Positions 40,741 through 55,571 are shown, counted from the first letter of the whole stretch. The stretch: 63,929 nt of DNA, filler included, from Choristocarpus tenellus KU-1152 (GCA_964200185.2; 13 parts of 13 records of this genome joined end to end with filler, not necessarily neighbours in it); one strand, 5' to 3'. Notes: generated by a model from the letters alone, not told the origin. Program-made: numbers and translations.

Positions 40741-43700
40741 TCTTTCCCCTTGTTTCTTGTTTCTAGACTGGCTATTTGGAGCCATTCTACTAGTAGTTTT
40801 ACCTGCATGTGCCATCATATGTTTCCTGATCGTTGAACATAGAGATAACACAATCTCTTCTACTGGCACAGACCGTCGCCTGGGCAGATAGTCTCTAACT
40901 GTCTACTTCTATGGAACAAAGAGTGATATCTTGATGTTTGACAACATCAGAGGTCGTGGGATTGAGTCGCAGCTGGACAGTATTCCCAAATCCCTACAGC
41001 AGGAGAACAAAATATAGAGTGAGAGAGGGATCTAAGGGCAGGCTCCAGTGGAAATGCAAGGATTAAGATGATCGCCCTGGTGTCTGCCCCAGTAGAACAA
41101 CAGTGGCAACTTAATGTTGACAGTAGTTCAGTTTCAGATACATACAATTCTGTAGGTTCTCAGATTGGACAGAATTGGTCCTTAATTCAAACACAACACA
41201 ACTATAACTATTTACAGTGTCTTGGAAGGCGTTTAATTGTAAGCAACAGAGACTTAGATGTTACTGGGGTTGTTCTACTCTCTGTATTGTATATTATTGT
41301 TTCTTGTCTCCCCCATAAATACATCTCCAAAATGTCAATAGGTTCAAGGTATCTTGGGGGGGGGGGGGGGCTACACCAGGGTGCCCTTTTGGGCCCTGAC
41401 CAGGAAAGGGGCATTTANNNNNNNNNNNNNNNNNNNNNNNNNNNNNNNNNNNNNNNNNNNNTTAATTAATTAANNNNNNNNNNNNNNNNNNNNNNNNNNN
41501 NNNNNNNNNNNNNNNNNCCAGTCAATTTTGGGTCAAGCCCATCCTCAATGAAAAGCTCCATCCTCAATTTTTGAAATCGGCTGTTCTAAATATCTCTCTT
41601 TCCTTTTTTCTTCCGTTTTTTCCCCTGCTTTTCTTATAGTTTCTTCTCTACAATAGTAATATGTACAAAATAAACGTAGTATATTGGAAGTAGAGTGTAT
41701 ATTGCCTTCTTTGACAATATCATTACCTTTCGACCACGTCTTATACGCCCCTCAGATTAGTAACATGCAAAACACTAACACTAATACTAAGCTTGACATG
41801 AAATATATATATGATATAGCGCAGCGACGTTTAGTTTCCTTGCTCAGGACGTGAATACTAGACACCATAATTTCAAATTCTCGAGATCAGTCGCATCTAT
41901 CTGAAGATACCACACTTGGTATGATGGGAAAGGGGAAGAACACCCCCCCCTCAAAGTAATGGCAGGTACCTTAGAGACTACTTTCGACTGTGCAGGGATT
42001 TTGCCAAGGTTCGAAAATGGGCTTACTGGAGGTTGCGGGGAAGGAGTTGGTTCTTGAGGCGAACTGATCTGTATTACACAAATTATAATTATGGCTTAAT
42101 GAGAATATCTACAAACATATCCTATCTTTCTAGGCCTTCATTGGGGCAGGGTGTGGCATACCAGCCCGTCCATTTCCTAGTTGTGTATTCTAGCGAAACA
42201 TAGAGAGCTAAATATTATTCATATAGAATACATATTTCTGCCATGATTGGTAGGATGCTGATAGGGTAGTCTGTGCAACAGCTGAGGCGAATGTGTATAA
42301 ATATGAGCAGAACGGGTACCTGTACTTCTCCACTTCACCAGAAGTGACCTTCACAAGTTCCTGGTGCCCTGGTAGTGGCTATGGGCAAAAAGGATTGCCT
42401 GTCACATTTGGTGTCTTCTACCGCTGAGTCTAGTTTTGTTGCTGGTAGCAAATATCAGAGCGTTTAGTATAGGTGCTATATCTGTTGTGTAGATACTATA
42501 TGTTCAGGCAAACATGCACGTGAGTCATGCTAGAGGGGAATGTCATGTGCAGAAGCAAACATTCCTACCTTTTCCATGCACAAAATGAACATGTAAATGC
42601 AATTTTGACGTTCACCCGTAGAGGCCTTCTTGATCAAGGAAAGGCATGGTGAAAGAGTTAAACCAACTGAGAGGTAGCAGGGTTGCATTCTAACGATCCC
42701 GAGAAAAGGGGAGAAGATGTCATTTTGTATAATTGAAGTCTTTACTGAACCGTGGTGTCATTTTGTGTATGGAAAGGAGGAATAGTGATTTTGCTTACAC
42801 TATTGTGCACATAAAACAACCGCAATAGAATGTATTGCCCAGGGTAAGAAAGATGGCTTAGAATGCAAAGTATCCAAACCTGCCTACCTCTCAAGTGGTT
42901 TGGCTCGAAAGCAGAGAGCTTTCACGCCCTTCCTGTCTCTCTAGAAAAGTGCTTATATCGCAGCAGCATGTGCCAGCAAAGTGTTTGGAGAGGACTACAT
43001 GAAACATAGAGGTGATTCTGTAGTTGTATTATATCTCGGTGTAAGAACCGATGAACACGAGAGTGAGGAAACAGAAGAAAACAGGGGGAAGACCTATATT
43101 TCTTGTCCTTTAAATACTAGGTATTGTTCATCTACATAATTGAACGGAACCTGTTTGTGCACTTGCAAACTAGTCCAGATAAACAGAGGTCTAAGAATTG
43201 TCACGTGTTGACACGTTCACTACTGAGTAGTACATACCATTGCAAGTCCCTTGAATGAAACCATAGTCCAACCTGCACTATCTGCAGTTAGAAGATTAGA
43301 TATCCACATTTCATGAGGGGGAACATAGACTTCCATAAACAACTTTCATCCAATAGTGACTCAGTATCCATCGGATGCAAAGTAAAGGTCAGACGGTAAA
43401 GTGCACTGACTTGAATGCATGAACTGTATGCGCTGTTGTACAGTGGGATGCCCTGCCCATGTTATAATTTCCTGATATTATTGGTAGGTCTCGCGCTCAA
43501 TCTTCTCTAAGGAGGTTTCAGCAGCCGGTCATGCTACGACATACAACAACTCTTGCAGGTAACCACAAAGAACATGCATGGCGAGCAGAAGAAAAGAGAA
43601 AGGACTCTAGCAGTGTCGTCTTCCATTTTCTTTCTTCTTTTGGGGAGGAGGTTATAGGGGAGCTTACCTGCTGCCGTGCATCCATTCCTCTTGTCTTTAG

Positions 43701-46669
43701 ATTATTGGTCACTGATTCACCTGCTCCTTTAATGAAGGGAGTGCTACACAATAATCCATGTTCACATTTCCCCTCCCTGGACGTACATCAACACTACATT
43801 TACAGCTTTCGCATTCACTTCATCATTATTGTGCCATTCGCAGAGGTTGCAACATTGGACACACATCGGACAAATCATGTCATAACTCATTCGGGCTTCA
43901 CAAATCACTGCACAACCCCCACGCAAGTATTTGTATGTGAATGGTGAAGGAATGGTGAAGATGTACAAACCGTTTCTACTGAGGAACCTTGTACAACGAA
44001 TCATGTTCTCTGAGTACAGCTCAATATTGGGGAATGATGTATAAATCCCGATTTGTCGATATAACCTTGTAGGTAAACATGTACGCATAATTTGTACATG
44101 TCATTCACTATTATATCAATATGTGTAAATGATTTGTCTTTGTGCAAAGAAATAAGATTATTGTGTATTGTTCGTGATCTGTTCCAAGCCCATCTTGATA
44201 CACAAGTCTTACCTTGTGATTTAACTAAGAATAGGCATTGTGTACAAATCTAAGGTTAGTACAAATGCTGTAGTTACGTACTGTCAGCACTTGACTCCCT
44301 TTTGTTGTATGTTAGTATAAATGTTTGATTGGGAACGTTGTGGAAGCCCCAGCAATGTGCTGGGAGACACGACGCCTCTAGTGTGTCACATCCCCAGGTT
44401 CGGAACCCTGTTAGTCACTCTTACGTTGTCCAAGTTGTAGACATGTGTTAATCTATTTTATTTTATTTTGCCCACTGATATTTTGAAGATGTGTGAGGGT
44501 AAAAGCCCAACCAATAATCGGAAGGACCCCTGTTAAAGTAACATTAGTTGTCGTAAATAGGAAAGATACCTACCAAAATCAGTCATATACATTATATTGT
44601 CATGCCCTCTGACATTTTGGCAGATGTATCAAGGGAAAAACCGATGAAAAGCCAATTCAATATCAGAACAACCCCACATATCGCACATCGGTAACACAAC
44701 TTCCGTCGTAAAAACCTGTTCAAAAACTTGTCCGTACAACTCATCCCCTACGAAAAACGTGAAAAGATATTTTCGTACCACACACCCATCTATGAAACAT
44801 GTACGTCACTGCACAAGTGGCTCTCTCGAGATGCGTGACGCGTTTTCAAGATAGAGATACCAGGCAAGGAGGGTCCTGTCAGATTATTGGGACGCTTCGA
44901 TAGGTCCTCACCCACCTTCACGGGACTAAGCTAGTCCCGAAGCTCATCACATACACATTACATTGCACTTGCCAACCTTTAAATACCTTTGTTGTATTCC
45001 TTGTTTTCACGAAGTATCTTTTTCATTAACGGCACCTGAAAAATTTACATGAGTCCTTGTTATACTTCACACAACTTGTTTTTTGCTGTGACACTCTGCA
45101 AAATGCCAGGGAAAGAGTCAAACCAACATCATAAAGACCCCTGTAAGAAAAGAAACAGTTGTCGAAAAAGTATATAATATAAAACATGTGCTACTTCTGT
45201 GCCGTAAGTTTGTGCCGTGAAACATCTGGGCTAGCCGAGCGAGAACGGTGCCGAATTGGACGATAATGTTAAAACCTGAATCGAATGCATCGTACTTGTG
45301 AGCAAAATGCGCAGAGTACGAGCAATGACGAATCATGGTGTTGCAAATCACCGATGAGTAAAATGCGTAGTCTGTGTTGTGAATAGATGTGATTGTGGTG
45401 CAAAGCATAGATGTATTTATTTGCAAAAAGAAAGCTATTCAATAGAATCTTTGCTTTATGCGGTATGGATGTGTTTATTTGCGGAGTGAGCACCATCCCT
45501 TGAGGTGGGGGATACTCTCTCTTATTATCTTATTGCACAAGTCAGCTGACACATCAGCTGACACATCAAAATGTGTCCTGCCGTTGGTCGTATTGTGTCA
45601 CTTATCTAGTGTAGCTAGTAGTACGTCAGTAATCCTCCATCAATCCATATATATCAAGTAATGAGAAATCAATCATCTTAGATTCGAACCATTACTCTAA
45701 GCACACGAAAACAGGTCAATGACACTTGTACCACTTAGTCAACAGATCTGTTGTCTAGTAGTGGCCACTAAACACATGTAAACCAAATAGACTACCAGCC
45801 TATATTGCACAATTTATTATGTTGTAACTGTGGTCATTGACCTCTCAGTCAAGAATGGTGTGATGTGAATTCAATGTTCTTTCATGAGATCCTCAACGAA
45901 ATAAGTCCACGCTCTGTGGAGAGGCTTGTTACCTTGGCTGGCAAGGATTTCTGTGGAAGGTTTTAACTCTGAATACATTACACCCAGGTGTTTACTGGTG
46001 GAACTGTATTGTATCAAGGAAAAAATAGATGAGTAGCCTATGTTTTAACAGACAACTCTACAGAATTAAATCGGGTTGACAATCTCAGCTTTCAGAGAAG
46101 GTGGGGATCGAGGATCATCAGGTACAAACTCGAGATGCTTCAAGCTGTCAAAGTAGGGGTCTTTTGGGAGGATTTTGAGGCCAGAACTGGGCACGTCGAC
46201 GGCCAGGACGTCGGCATAGCAACCCCCCTACCGAACCCCCCCCATCGCAAGGAAGCCCAAGAATCCCTGAATACCCCGGTCCCGTTTACNNNNNNNNNNN
46301 NNNNNNNNNNNNNNNNNNNNNNNNNNNNNNNNNTTAATTAATTAANNNNNNNNNNNNNNNNNNNNNNNNNNNNNNNNNNNNNNNNNNNNGCAATTTCTGG
46401 CAGGTGATGAATAGAGTTGTATCTGTCCCTCACACAAGGCACCACTGTATGCACTGTTTGTTGACTTCTTCCCCTTCTCACAGAAGCAGCATTCAAGGGA
46501 AAGGTGGCAAGGCTCCGTGCTGAATGTAACAGGGTACGTGACAGGTTGTGTTCGAAGCCTCAGCTTGAAAGCTTTTGGTTGTCTGTGTTTTTCTATTGAT
46601 ACTCCGGAGTATGTGATGTACACCGAGAGGGGGAGGCTAGATTGTTGTGCTTTGCCGTGTGATGAGTGA

Positions 46670-46927
46670 GAGTGAAAGTATCTTAGAGGGTACAAGTTTT
46701 GCCCGGTTTGTCCATTTGGGGTTTGGCTTCTCAGGATTTTTCTAACGACATTTTCCTACTCCAAAATGTTTCGGATTAGGTAAAATGTATACGATATGAA
46801 AATGTATTTCCGCAACAAGGATATTGACACTTCCTAGCAAACACGATAGCCAAAATTACATCAAAATCGCAACATTGAATTTTGGCCCCCAATGGACGCG
46901 GCTCTACCCTGTAAGATACTTTGACTC
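46670..46927. mobile_element. MITE family A copy, flanked by GTGA
   Basis: TIRs and body match family A. Confidence 0.85.
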
Positions 46928-46929
46928 GT

Positions 46930-49900
46930 GACCAAGCCCATGGGTTCGTACTAGCACGAGCTACTTCAACAACACCAATGTTTGCTATGGAAGTATGTAC
47001 TCCACAGGCAGATTATATCTAGAGCTCAAGAACTTCAGCTCAGTATTTCGAAGGGCTAGATGTGTGGTATAGTGTACACTAACATGTTGTCCCTAGCCCT
47101 GTCAACGCAGAAACGGTGCTTGAGCTGATATGCGACCTGGTTGGTATTGGTGCTTTGAATGAGCATGTTTAAAGCAGAGAGACAGTTGAACACCCTTTTA
47201 TCGTCCTGTATCTTCCACAAATCCTCGGGACAGAAAGTCATAGCTGGAAAGTTGTACTGCGCACAGATTGTGGATTACATAGTTTGAAGTTCTTCAGAGC
47301 ATTCACCAATGGACCTGATGATCTTTGTGCGAGGGTGAGAGTGTGTTGGATGCAGTTGATCATCACACACACATTTTGATGTCTGACTATTGAGGAAGAT
47401 CTCGTTGATGTTCCAATCTTGTTACCATTTGAATACCTGAGAACATTTCGCATCTTTGGATGGTCTTGGACCATGCCCAGATTGAGGGTGTAGGGGACAT
47501 GCCCACGCATTTACACCAAAAATAGAACGACCAAAATGTTGTATCGATCCAGGACGCCAAATACATCCCCCCTCCCCCGTACGATATTTTGGTTCCTTAT
47601 GCAGGGATTTCTCACCTCCGATAGTGTCGCATTCTTCCCCCCCACCCCCCTTTTGGGAATACAAGCATAGAATACTCTATTGTGTGTACTACAGTGTGTA
47701 ACCAATATTTCCCTGAGGAATATTACTGAGAACCTTAAAGGAAGAGGTGACCATTTGACCATCCAGTTTAACCATTATTTCTGAGGCTGGTGCCCTTCAC
47801 AGTAGATGTGATACCTGAGTTGGCATTGTTCCATAAGGTTGGGGGACATATACGCCACCGAACATGGCGACCCATTCCTATCCGAATCTTATGTTGTGGG
47901 GCCTCTTGCTCATTTCATATACTCCTTTGTTCCCGTCACAATGATTCTTGGACATCACCCACCACTACAATCAATTGATCAGAGTCGTATTTCTTTTTGA
48001 TAATGATGGCTACTTAGTGGTTTCCTCTTCTACCCTGGGGGGCTGCACTTGCCGCAGAGAGAACAATGTGGATTCATTGCAAAGTTGATATTTTGTATTT
48101 TGTGACAATCCACTGTAGATGTATTGATTGACCAGAATGTTATTCTTTGCCGCTGACACGTAAGTCTCTATACGAAAACGTTTTTGCAGCAATATGGCTC
48201 TTACTATGGCGTAAGTGATGAAAGGAGTATTATAATGTGGTCTATTGTACTACAAACATTTTATCACCGAACCTGGCTCTCTCTCAATCTACTTGTACTT
48301 TGCCTGACTACTAATACACCAAACACCTAACAGATCCGAGAGGATGCGACAAGGTACAGGGAGAAGTACAATTCTCTCTTGGCCTTGTTCCTTGGCGACT
48401 CCAAGGACAAACAGACTCGGGCAGGGTGAACTCGGTGTTAGGGTCGGGGGTTGCCTGTATGGTGTTACAGGCTTGACCAGGCACATGATGAGCGAGAGGT
48501 TGATGCAAGGTGGTATGTCCAAGAAACTTTGAGATGATACAGTCCATCAGTATCCTCCTGTGGTTATTGGATGTACTACTGACATGCTGATATATTTTAC
48601 CCTGAAGGAAAGACTTCTTGAAATGGTTATGTCGGCAAGTTCTGGATTCGTCACCAGGATCAACACATGATTCGACTGATACTACCAAGTGTTCTTGGGC
48701 TATAAACCCTCTTCTTAACCTTAAGATAGAAGGGTACGATCTAAGAACCTTTGGCAGAATGATTATGTTATCTACTCCATCCATATACGTTACATACATA
48801 CATGAATACTTTTTTTCTCATTTAGGATATCTGACAGTAGTAAGCTTTAAAATTAAAAAGCATAATCCGATTTCTCCCTGGGAACTGTTTGTCCTACCTC
48901 TTAGAGCTCTTACATGCCCCTGCAGGAAAGGCACTGACTGTACTTCGACCTACAAGCATGACCGGACACCAAACCAAGTAGGATTAGAGAGAACAAACAG
49001 ACCAATTTTCAAGGTCGGCTCTCCCAAAGTGGATTAGCCGGCCTTCTCCCTACTTAGAGGTCCATCCTGTGTTTGTCTTCGGCTTACTGTAGTGTTTGTC
49101 CTGGTTGGTGCAGGTTGGAAGGGCACCTCTTACTTTGCCTTGTGTCATTCTGCTTGCTGTCGGGGCTCTACATCAGGGCAGGGAGTTATGAAAAGTCTAG
49201 TCTAGAACGCGACTTGGTTGCTTACCTCTGTGAAAGGTTCAGTCTTGTGTGGGAAAGGTTAGTGAGAGGTCCAATCCAGACCATGACCTGGTCACCCATC
49301 ATGTTTGTGAAAGGTGAAGATGTTGGTTGCTATGGTTAGCGACAAATGACCGTGACTTGTTGCTAGTGTTTATGAAAGGTTCGGTCCCTAGACCACTCCC
49401 TTTTTGTGTTCATTTGAGATTTTGGGTCCAGGGCGACTGGGGGTTTTCAGAGAGGTTTAGTTCGGAGTGGAGACTGGGACAGCCCAAGTGTATTGGACTG
49501 ACGGTTGGAGGGTCGACTTTGGGCATGTATTAGTTTTTGCATTGTGGGAAATTGTAGAGGTATGAAGTACTCTTGCTATCTTTTATATCTGGATAATGAG
49601 CAATAGGTGACGATCAGCCAACTTTTCTCAAATGCCCTTTACCCTAAACATGGGCACACACACACAACCCCCTGTTTCTGCCCATTCCGATACTGGAATT
49701 TACTGCTTTCTCCCCACCAACAAATAATATGTTAATGCTGATGGATGATCACACGAGATGTCGAGAATGACTTTTTGTTGTGAGACATCGTGGCATTTCT
49801 TCAGTATGGCACAACAGTGTGTAACAGTGTGTCATATTTGTTTCGGGCCATGACCCTAATCCTGTGTTTTTTAAAGGCGAAAGGTGGAGGTTGTCCTCAA

Positions 49901-50500
49901 TGTTATCTATTTGTCGATTTTGTGTTATCTATTTGTCGATTTTGGCAGTAAGAATGTGTTGAATCAACCCGTCAAGAAGGTTGCACTTTAAACACTCCTT
50001 TGTTCCACGATCTCAATATTGCATGCCATGGGGGATGCACAAGCATATATTGGGCCTGGCTTTGTAAGAGTTTCAGTATTGTTCATTTTAATTTTTACAT
50101 CTCTTACCAATTCAACAACTTGAAAAAATGCTGGCTATACTGTGTTCTAGAAATGGCCAGGCCCTGTTTGTGATCCGACTTTAGTCTCCACATGCACGCA
50201 CCAATTGAGTTTAAGGTAACTCTGCAATAGTTGGTAGTCACGTTGATAATGTTTGTAAGCTGGTAGGGTGAACTTTCATCACCTAGAGCAAACAATATCT
50301 ACCCCTTTCCCCCTCATCACCTTGCACGCATCCATCTTGTTGTTGGTATAAACGATGCTGGAAATCATGAGGATAGGGGGTGTTGCATAGTAGTGAATGC
50401 ATCCATTTGGCTCAATGGCATTGACTGTGGCATGTACGCTTGCTGTATGAGGTACGAACATTCCACTTTCGTAGAACCTCCTGCCCTTTGATATAAAATA
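46930..50500 (-). mobile_element. Degenerate Ty3/gypsy pol (RT-RNaseH-integrase order)
   Basis: GLCFLILKLTTVRYP, YVTYMDGVDNIII, ATPDPNTEFTL, EQGQERIV...RILS, KRFRIET, HPQSG fragments in gypsy order; many stops. Confidence 0.65.
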
Positions 50501-52468
50501 TCATGTTGGCATGACCCCTCCTTCCAACCAATTTAGCAGGAAAATATGTATCCATTTTTATTTCCTTGTTTTAAAATGCACCACTCTTCTTTATACATCC
50601 CGACAACTTTCCCCCGTAAAGTAAACGGAGTGTACCGTTACTATTGTGTGTGTTGCTTTCCATTATATTGTGAATCGTGTGATTCTGTGGCGGCGTGGTT
50701 CACTCAGGCAAGGGTGGCGAAGAGAATCACCGGGCAAGACGGANNNNNNNNNNNNNNNNNNNNNNNNNNNNNNNNNNNNNNNNNNNNTTAATTAATTAAN
50801 NNNNNNNNNNNNNNNNNNNNNNNNNNNNNNNNNNNNNNNNNNNATACTTTGAGCCTTTGACGTTTGATAGATTGGTAATGCTATCGACCTTATGACATAC
50901 GCCATTAACCAACAGACCCACTCCCACTCCCACGTTCTTCTGTCCTGATCATGTCACCTTATCCTCCACACGCCCAACGCGTACCTGACTAGGACAAATT
51001 CGACTTCAGAGCGGTTCACATCTTCACGGTGCTGTGGTACACTAACCCGGACGCCGCCATCGAATCCCTCAAGAACAACGGGGGGTTCACACACACCTAC
51101 GGGTTGAAGGTGGGGTAAGCATTCCCAACTCTGTTGTCCCCACACGACAGCGCCACACTTGACATAGGACAGACAGTAATGAAGGAATTTAATGTGTTCA
51201 GTCGAACGGTAAAGGCCATCAGTTTCCAAAGAACCCCAAGTCCATAAAGTTCTGCTGCGCTATGCGCATCCCCAAGTAATCCTTCTCTGATAGACTTCTG
51301 CTAACCCTAAATCCTCTGCATCCTCAAAGCTCGTTCTTTATTGGTCTCCTAACGACACAGCATCGCATATTTGACGTACATGTAGCTCACGGACAAGGTC
51401 AAGGAGCAGTATTTCGCAAGAATGTGCACCGATGTCCTCACTGGAGCCGGCGTAGCCATCCTTAGAGGGGAGACTCCTCAAGGCCATCGCTGGCGCGACA
51501 TTGTCGAGGTGCCTGCCCACGTCTTCTCAGAACAGGCAGCCAAAAAATGGCCTACTGACGCGTTCTCGTTGATGTATGTTGTCGGAACGGAGATTTCCAG
51601 AGGAGTGGGTAGGTCGATTTTGAACATGACAATTCAAGTAATGTATGGATGTATATGCATATACCCCCCTGCTGACCCAGCAACAGTCGCAATGTTTACC
51701 GTCTAGTTCGTGCCTCGCAAGGCAGACACCCATGTCATCCATGTGACTTACCGTTCCACTACCCATGAGCTTCTCCATGACAATTCTCCCACACTCTAAG
51801 GGGCGTCCGGAACAAACGGCCCCCGGCCGACCAGGACAAAGAAAAGAAGAATACAAGAGGAAAGGGGAAGAAGAATAGACCAGGAGTCGGCGATCCAGAC
51901 ACGGCGTCTGCCGCCCAGGCGGAGGAGGAGTGGGCATCTCAACGCTGGAAAGTCCAATTGGTATACATGAAACTTATGCACACCAAGAATGTCCTCATCA
52001 AGAGGGCTGTCCTGGAGGTCGCCATACAAGTTAGGAACGACCTAAAAAGGAAAGACAAGCTCGGATAGACCCCTATGCCGATGACTCCTCAGCAGGGTAT
52101 TCAGCAGAGGCTCCTCCTATCAAAATATACATCCTCAGCGACGAGAGGTACTCAACTGAGTGTGAGGCTCATCTCATCTCTCCACCGTATTTCAGTTCGT
52201 ATCAAGCCACCTTACAATAAACGCCCTAATCGTGCACATTAATGCAACCCATAAAATCCACAGGTGAAAAGGGACCTCGTGTTGAGGGAGGATGTGGAGG
52301 ATGGAATAAAATACCTGAACATCGTCAAATACTCTGAGGGCGTTACCCTGAACACCAGTGACGAACACACAGGCAAGCAATTACATCATTGTACAACATC
52401 GCCATAGGTTAACATCTAAAGGGTCAAAGCATCTGGGGGGTAAGGTGCCGTCGTCCGCTTTTGACCCT

Positions 52469-52643
52469 GGCTCAAAGTACCTGGGGGGGTTGATGACTGT
52501 CCATTTGGAGCAAAAATTTTCATGTCGCGATTTTTGGGATATTGGTTCCATACGTTGGATGGATAATGAAAGTGCACTTTTCCTGGTGTTGGTCCAAATG
52601 GACACTTTGGGGAAGACCCCCCCCCCTCCAGATACTTTGGGTC
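52469..52643. mobile_element. MITE family B complete copy (~175 bp)
   Basis: GGCTCAAAGTACCTGGGG...CCAGATACTTTGGGTC TIRs. Confidence 0.8.
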
Positions 52644-53073
52644 CAAACATGGTTCCCTACACCAAACAAACAACCTAGACTCTCACAGATCTTACCGACG
52701 TTTGACAGTTTCACAACGAACATTATCACAGGGTTCTCCTGTTTTATATGTTGCGAAGTTGCGGTCGAACAGATTGATTCATACTTTTGCTGCGTTGTAC
52801 CGATCGACAGAACCCGGCAAAAGAAGGGAAATTATATTGCGGTTACATGCTAGTCCTATACGCATCCTCTTCATCCTGTGTTACCAGCCCTATTTGTCTT
52901 CCTGTTTTATGGGCTCGAATAATCCGCCCAAGTTTAACGAACCGCAAGTACTCTGGTCCTTCCATCCTTTCCTCAGCCCCCGCCTCCTCCTCTGTATCCT
53001 GCCTCGCTTATGCCTTCTCACCAACCTCTATCTCATCCCTTGCCTCCTAACACTAACACCTCCTCCAGTTGTT

Positions 53074-53332
53074 GAGTGAAAGTATCTTAGAGGTTATAAG
53101 TTTTGCCCTGTTTGTCCATTTGGGGCTTGGCTTCCCATGGGTTCTTTTATGACATTTTCCTACTCCAAAATGTTTCAGAGTAGGGAAAGTGTGTACACTA
53201 TGAAAATGTGTGTCCGAAACATGGATATTGGTACTTCCTAACAGACACGATAGCCAAAATTACATCAAAATCGCAACATTGGATTTTAGCCCTCAAATGG
53301 ACGCGGCTCTACCCTCTAAGATACTTTGGCTC
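53074..53332. mobile_element. MITE family A copy, TSD GTT
   Basis: GTT|GAGTGAAAGTATCT...AGATACTTTGGCTC|GTT. Confidence 0.9.
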
Positions 53333-55571
53333 GTTTTGACCCCTCCTTCATCACGTCCTTTGCCTACTCCTCCACCATCACAGAGATAACTAGAGTCACA
53401 ACCATCGTGATCACCCCAGACAAGAACGACACATCGGAGCACGACCTCGAGAAGTTCAAGTCCGAAACGAGCGCCACTCATGAGAGAGAAGTCGCCCTTC
53501 TCCAGACTCGACCAGGAGGCATGGTAATCACATGCACCGCCCTCGGGGACAACTTAGATCCGGATCATATCAAACTCCTCTTAGACAAACTCTCCACATT
53601 CCGCAATTTTGCACTGGTGAAGACACCAATAGCTGGTGGCGTATCCACGCTTATACCCTGTGAAGGAACCAACCCACCAGGTGATGAAGAGGAACAAGAT
53701 AGCCCATCGCCTAGCCCTGCAGTAGATATGGGAAGCAGGAATCTACGAGGGAGGAGGTATGCAATCACACCCTCGGAACACAACTCTGAAGGCTACGGGG
53801 ACCGACCCGTTTGTAATACTCTGTCAGGTCCAGAGGAACTTGCACACGAGGACGTGAGGGGGCGGTTAGGCAAGGACTCAGAGTCCACGCCTGTCAGGAG
53901 TGACCCATGTATGTCTCCGGACACCCATTTCGTGGGCAGCGGCGGCAACGGGTCACAAGTGCCAGGGAACACTTACGACCATAGTGTGAGGTGAAGTGAG
54001 AACCGCGTCCATGCCGATCCTACCCCAACCCCGAGGGACAAGCCTTCCGAGAAGGGCAAAGGAAAGGGGGAAAGGACGCTACTTAGGAATAAGAGGGGAG
54101 AAGACTCTGAAGGCAATGGGGACCTACCTGATTGTGACGCTCTGTCAGGTGAACCAGGCTTCTTCGCAGACGTCTTCGCTTCTGCCAAAATGTTCAGATA
54201 CGCGGTATATCCGTGTTCATCCACATCGAGGTACGATGATGATGACGAAAGGTCATCTCATGGTGATGAGGATTGTGTCACACTGGACGTAGCCGACTCC
54301 GGCAATGCATCCGATGTGGGGATCACCGAAGCCTTCATGGAGGCGTGCGTTACTGAGCTCCTACGGTCGGCAACAAATCATGCTTCTTCACAGTATCGAG
54401 TGCAGACTCAAATCCTCACTCAGGTCATATAAGACCATGGGTTCAGGATCATCAAGGCCGGTAAAGGGGCCGATTCTCTTGTTTTCGGGGATGAACGCTA
54501 CGTCCACGAGCCCACAGAGGCTAAACTCGGCGATCGTGGAGGGAAGCCAGGCAACAGGTTGCGTCCCGAGCATGTGGAAGCGCTCCAGGCGAGGAAGGCT
54601 ATCTTCTTGAGCCTCGTGAAGCCCGAACCTTGGAACGCCAGGTACTCCAAACGCCTAAGTCTATGGCACCTTCTTGTCGAGGCATACCCTAAGCTCACAG
54701 AGTGGTGGAAGAAGGGGGACGAATGCAATTTCGAGTCCGCCCACCAATTGAAATAGGGCTTCGGTCGTTTCGGTTTTTTTCTTGAAGTACGGGTAGAGTT
54801 ACAGGTTGTGGTGATTCATGCATCAGTGTACCTTGCCTTGTTGTCCGACTACCATGTTCATGTACTTTTCATCCCATGAGTTATGCATTTAGATAGTGGT
54901 ATCGGATACATTGCTACCAGTCAGAGTCATCAGCGTATCATATATCATACTCACGTTGAGGATTAGACCTGCATTATTATTTATTTAAAAGAGCGTGTCT
55001 GCTGCAAGATTTAGACAACTAAAATATAATATACCAATCAAATAACTCTTCTCCATCTGCTCAGCTAACCTTTCCAACAATTTGTTAGGGCCTACAATGG
55101 ATACCCTGTCCTTCTCAAAGCGCAATTTATTCCTTGAACTCTGTAGCACACCTCCCACCTTCTTCTCAATACTCTACGTACCATCTCATGCTTCGTCCAA
55201 GTGTCGACAAACTAGATTCGATCTCGTTCTCCTTCGAATCTTGGAGGATCATATACCGAAGTCCATGCACGATGCTCCTAAGCACAGCATCAACCCAGGA
55301 CCTCTGGAAGTGTTCCTTGAACTACTTTCAGAGAAACGTACGACAATAGACCTTGATCAATAACCACTCCTATACACGTCCTGATTCCGTCCACACCTTA
55401 CAGAAGAGATACAATACACTAACCCGAGAACAAAACCTGACCCTTTTCCCTAACTTCATACCAACAACTTCAACTCCAACACCCTCAGCGACAACCACGT
55501 CTTATTACATACTAAATTCAACACATGCACGCAAACAAACGAAGTATTAAATTTAAACTGTACATGATATA

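Larger units (their letters stand above)
50993..54756 (+). pseudogene. Disrupted multi-exon gene of unknown function, possibly a transposon accessory gene
   Basis: GC-richer coding-like segments with short GT-AG introns, stops/frameshifts, and two MITE insertions. Confidence 0.45.

Noticed and set aside
41900-44100. Possible old LTR retrotransposon (LEKCLY-like fragment)
   Set aside because: Too degenerate; no ordered motifs I can support
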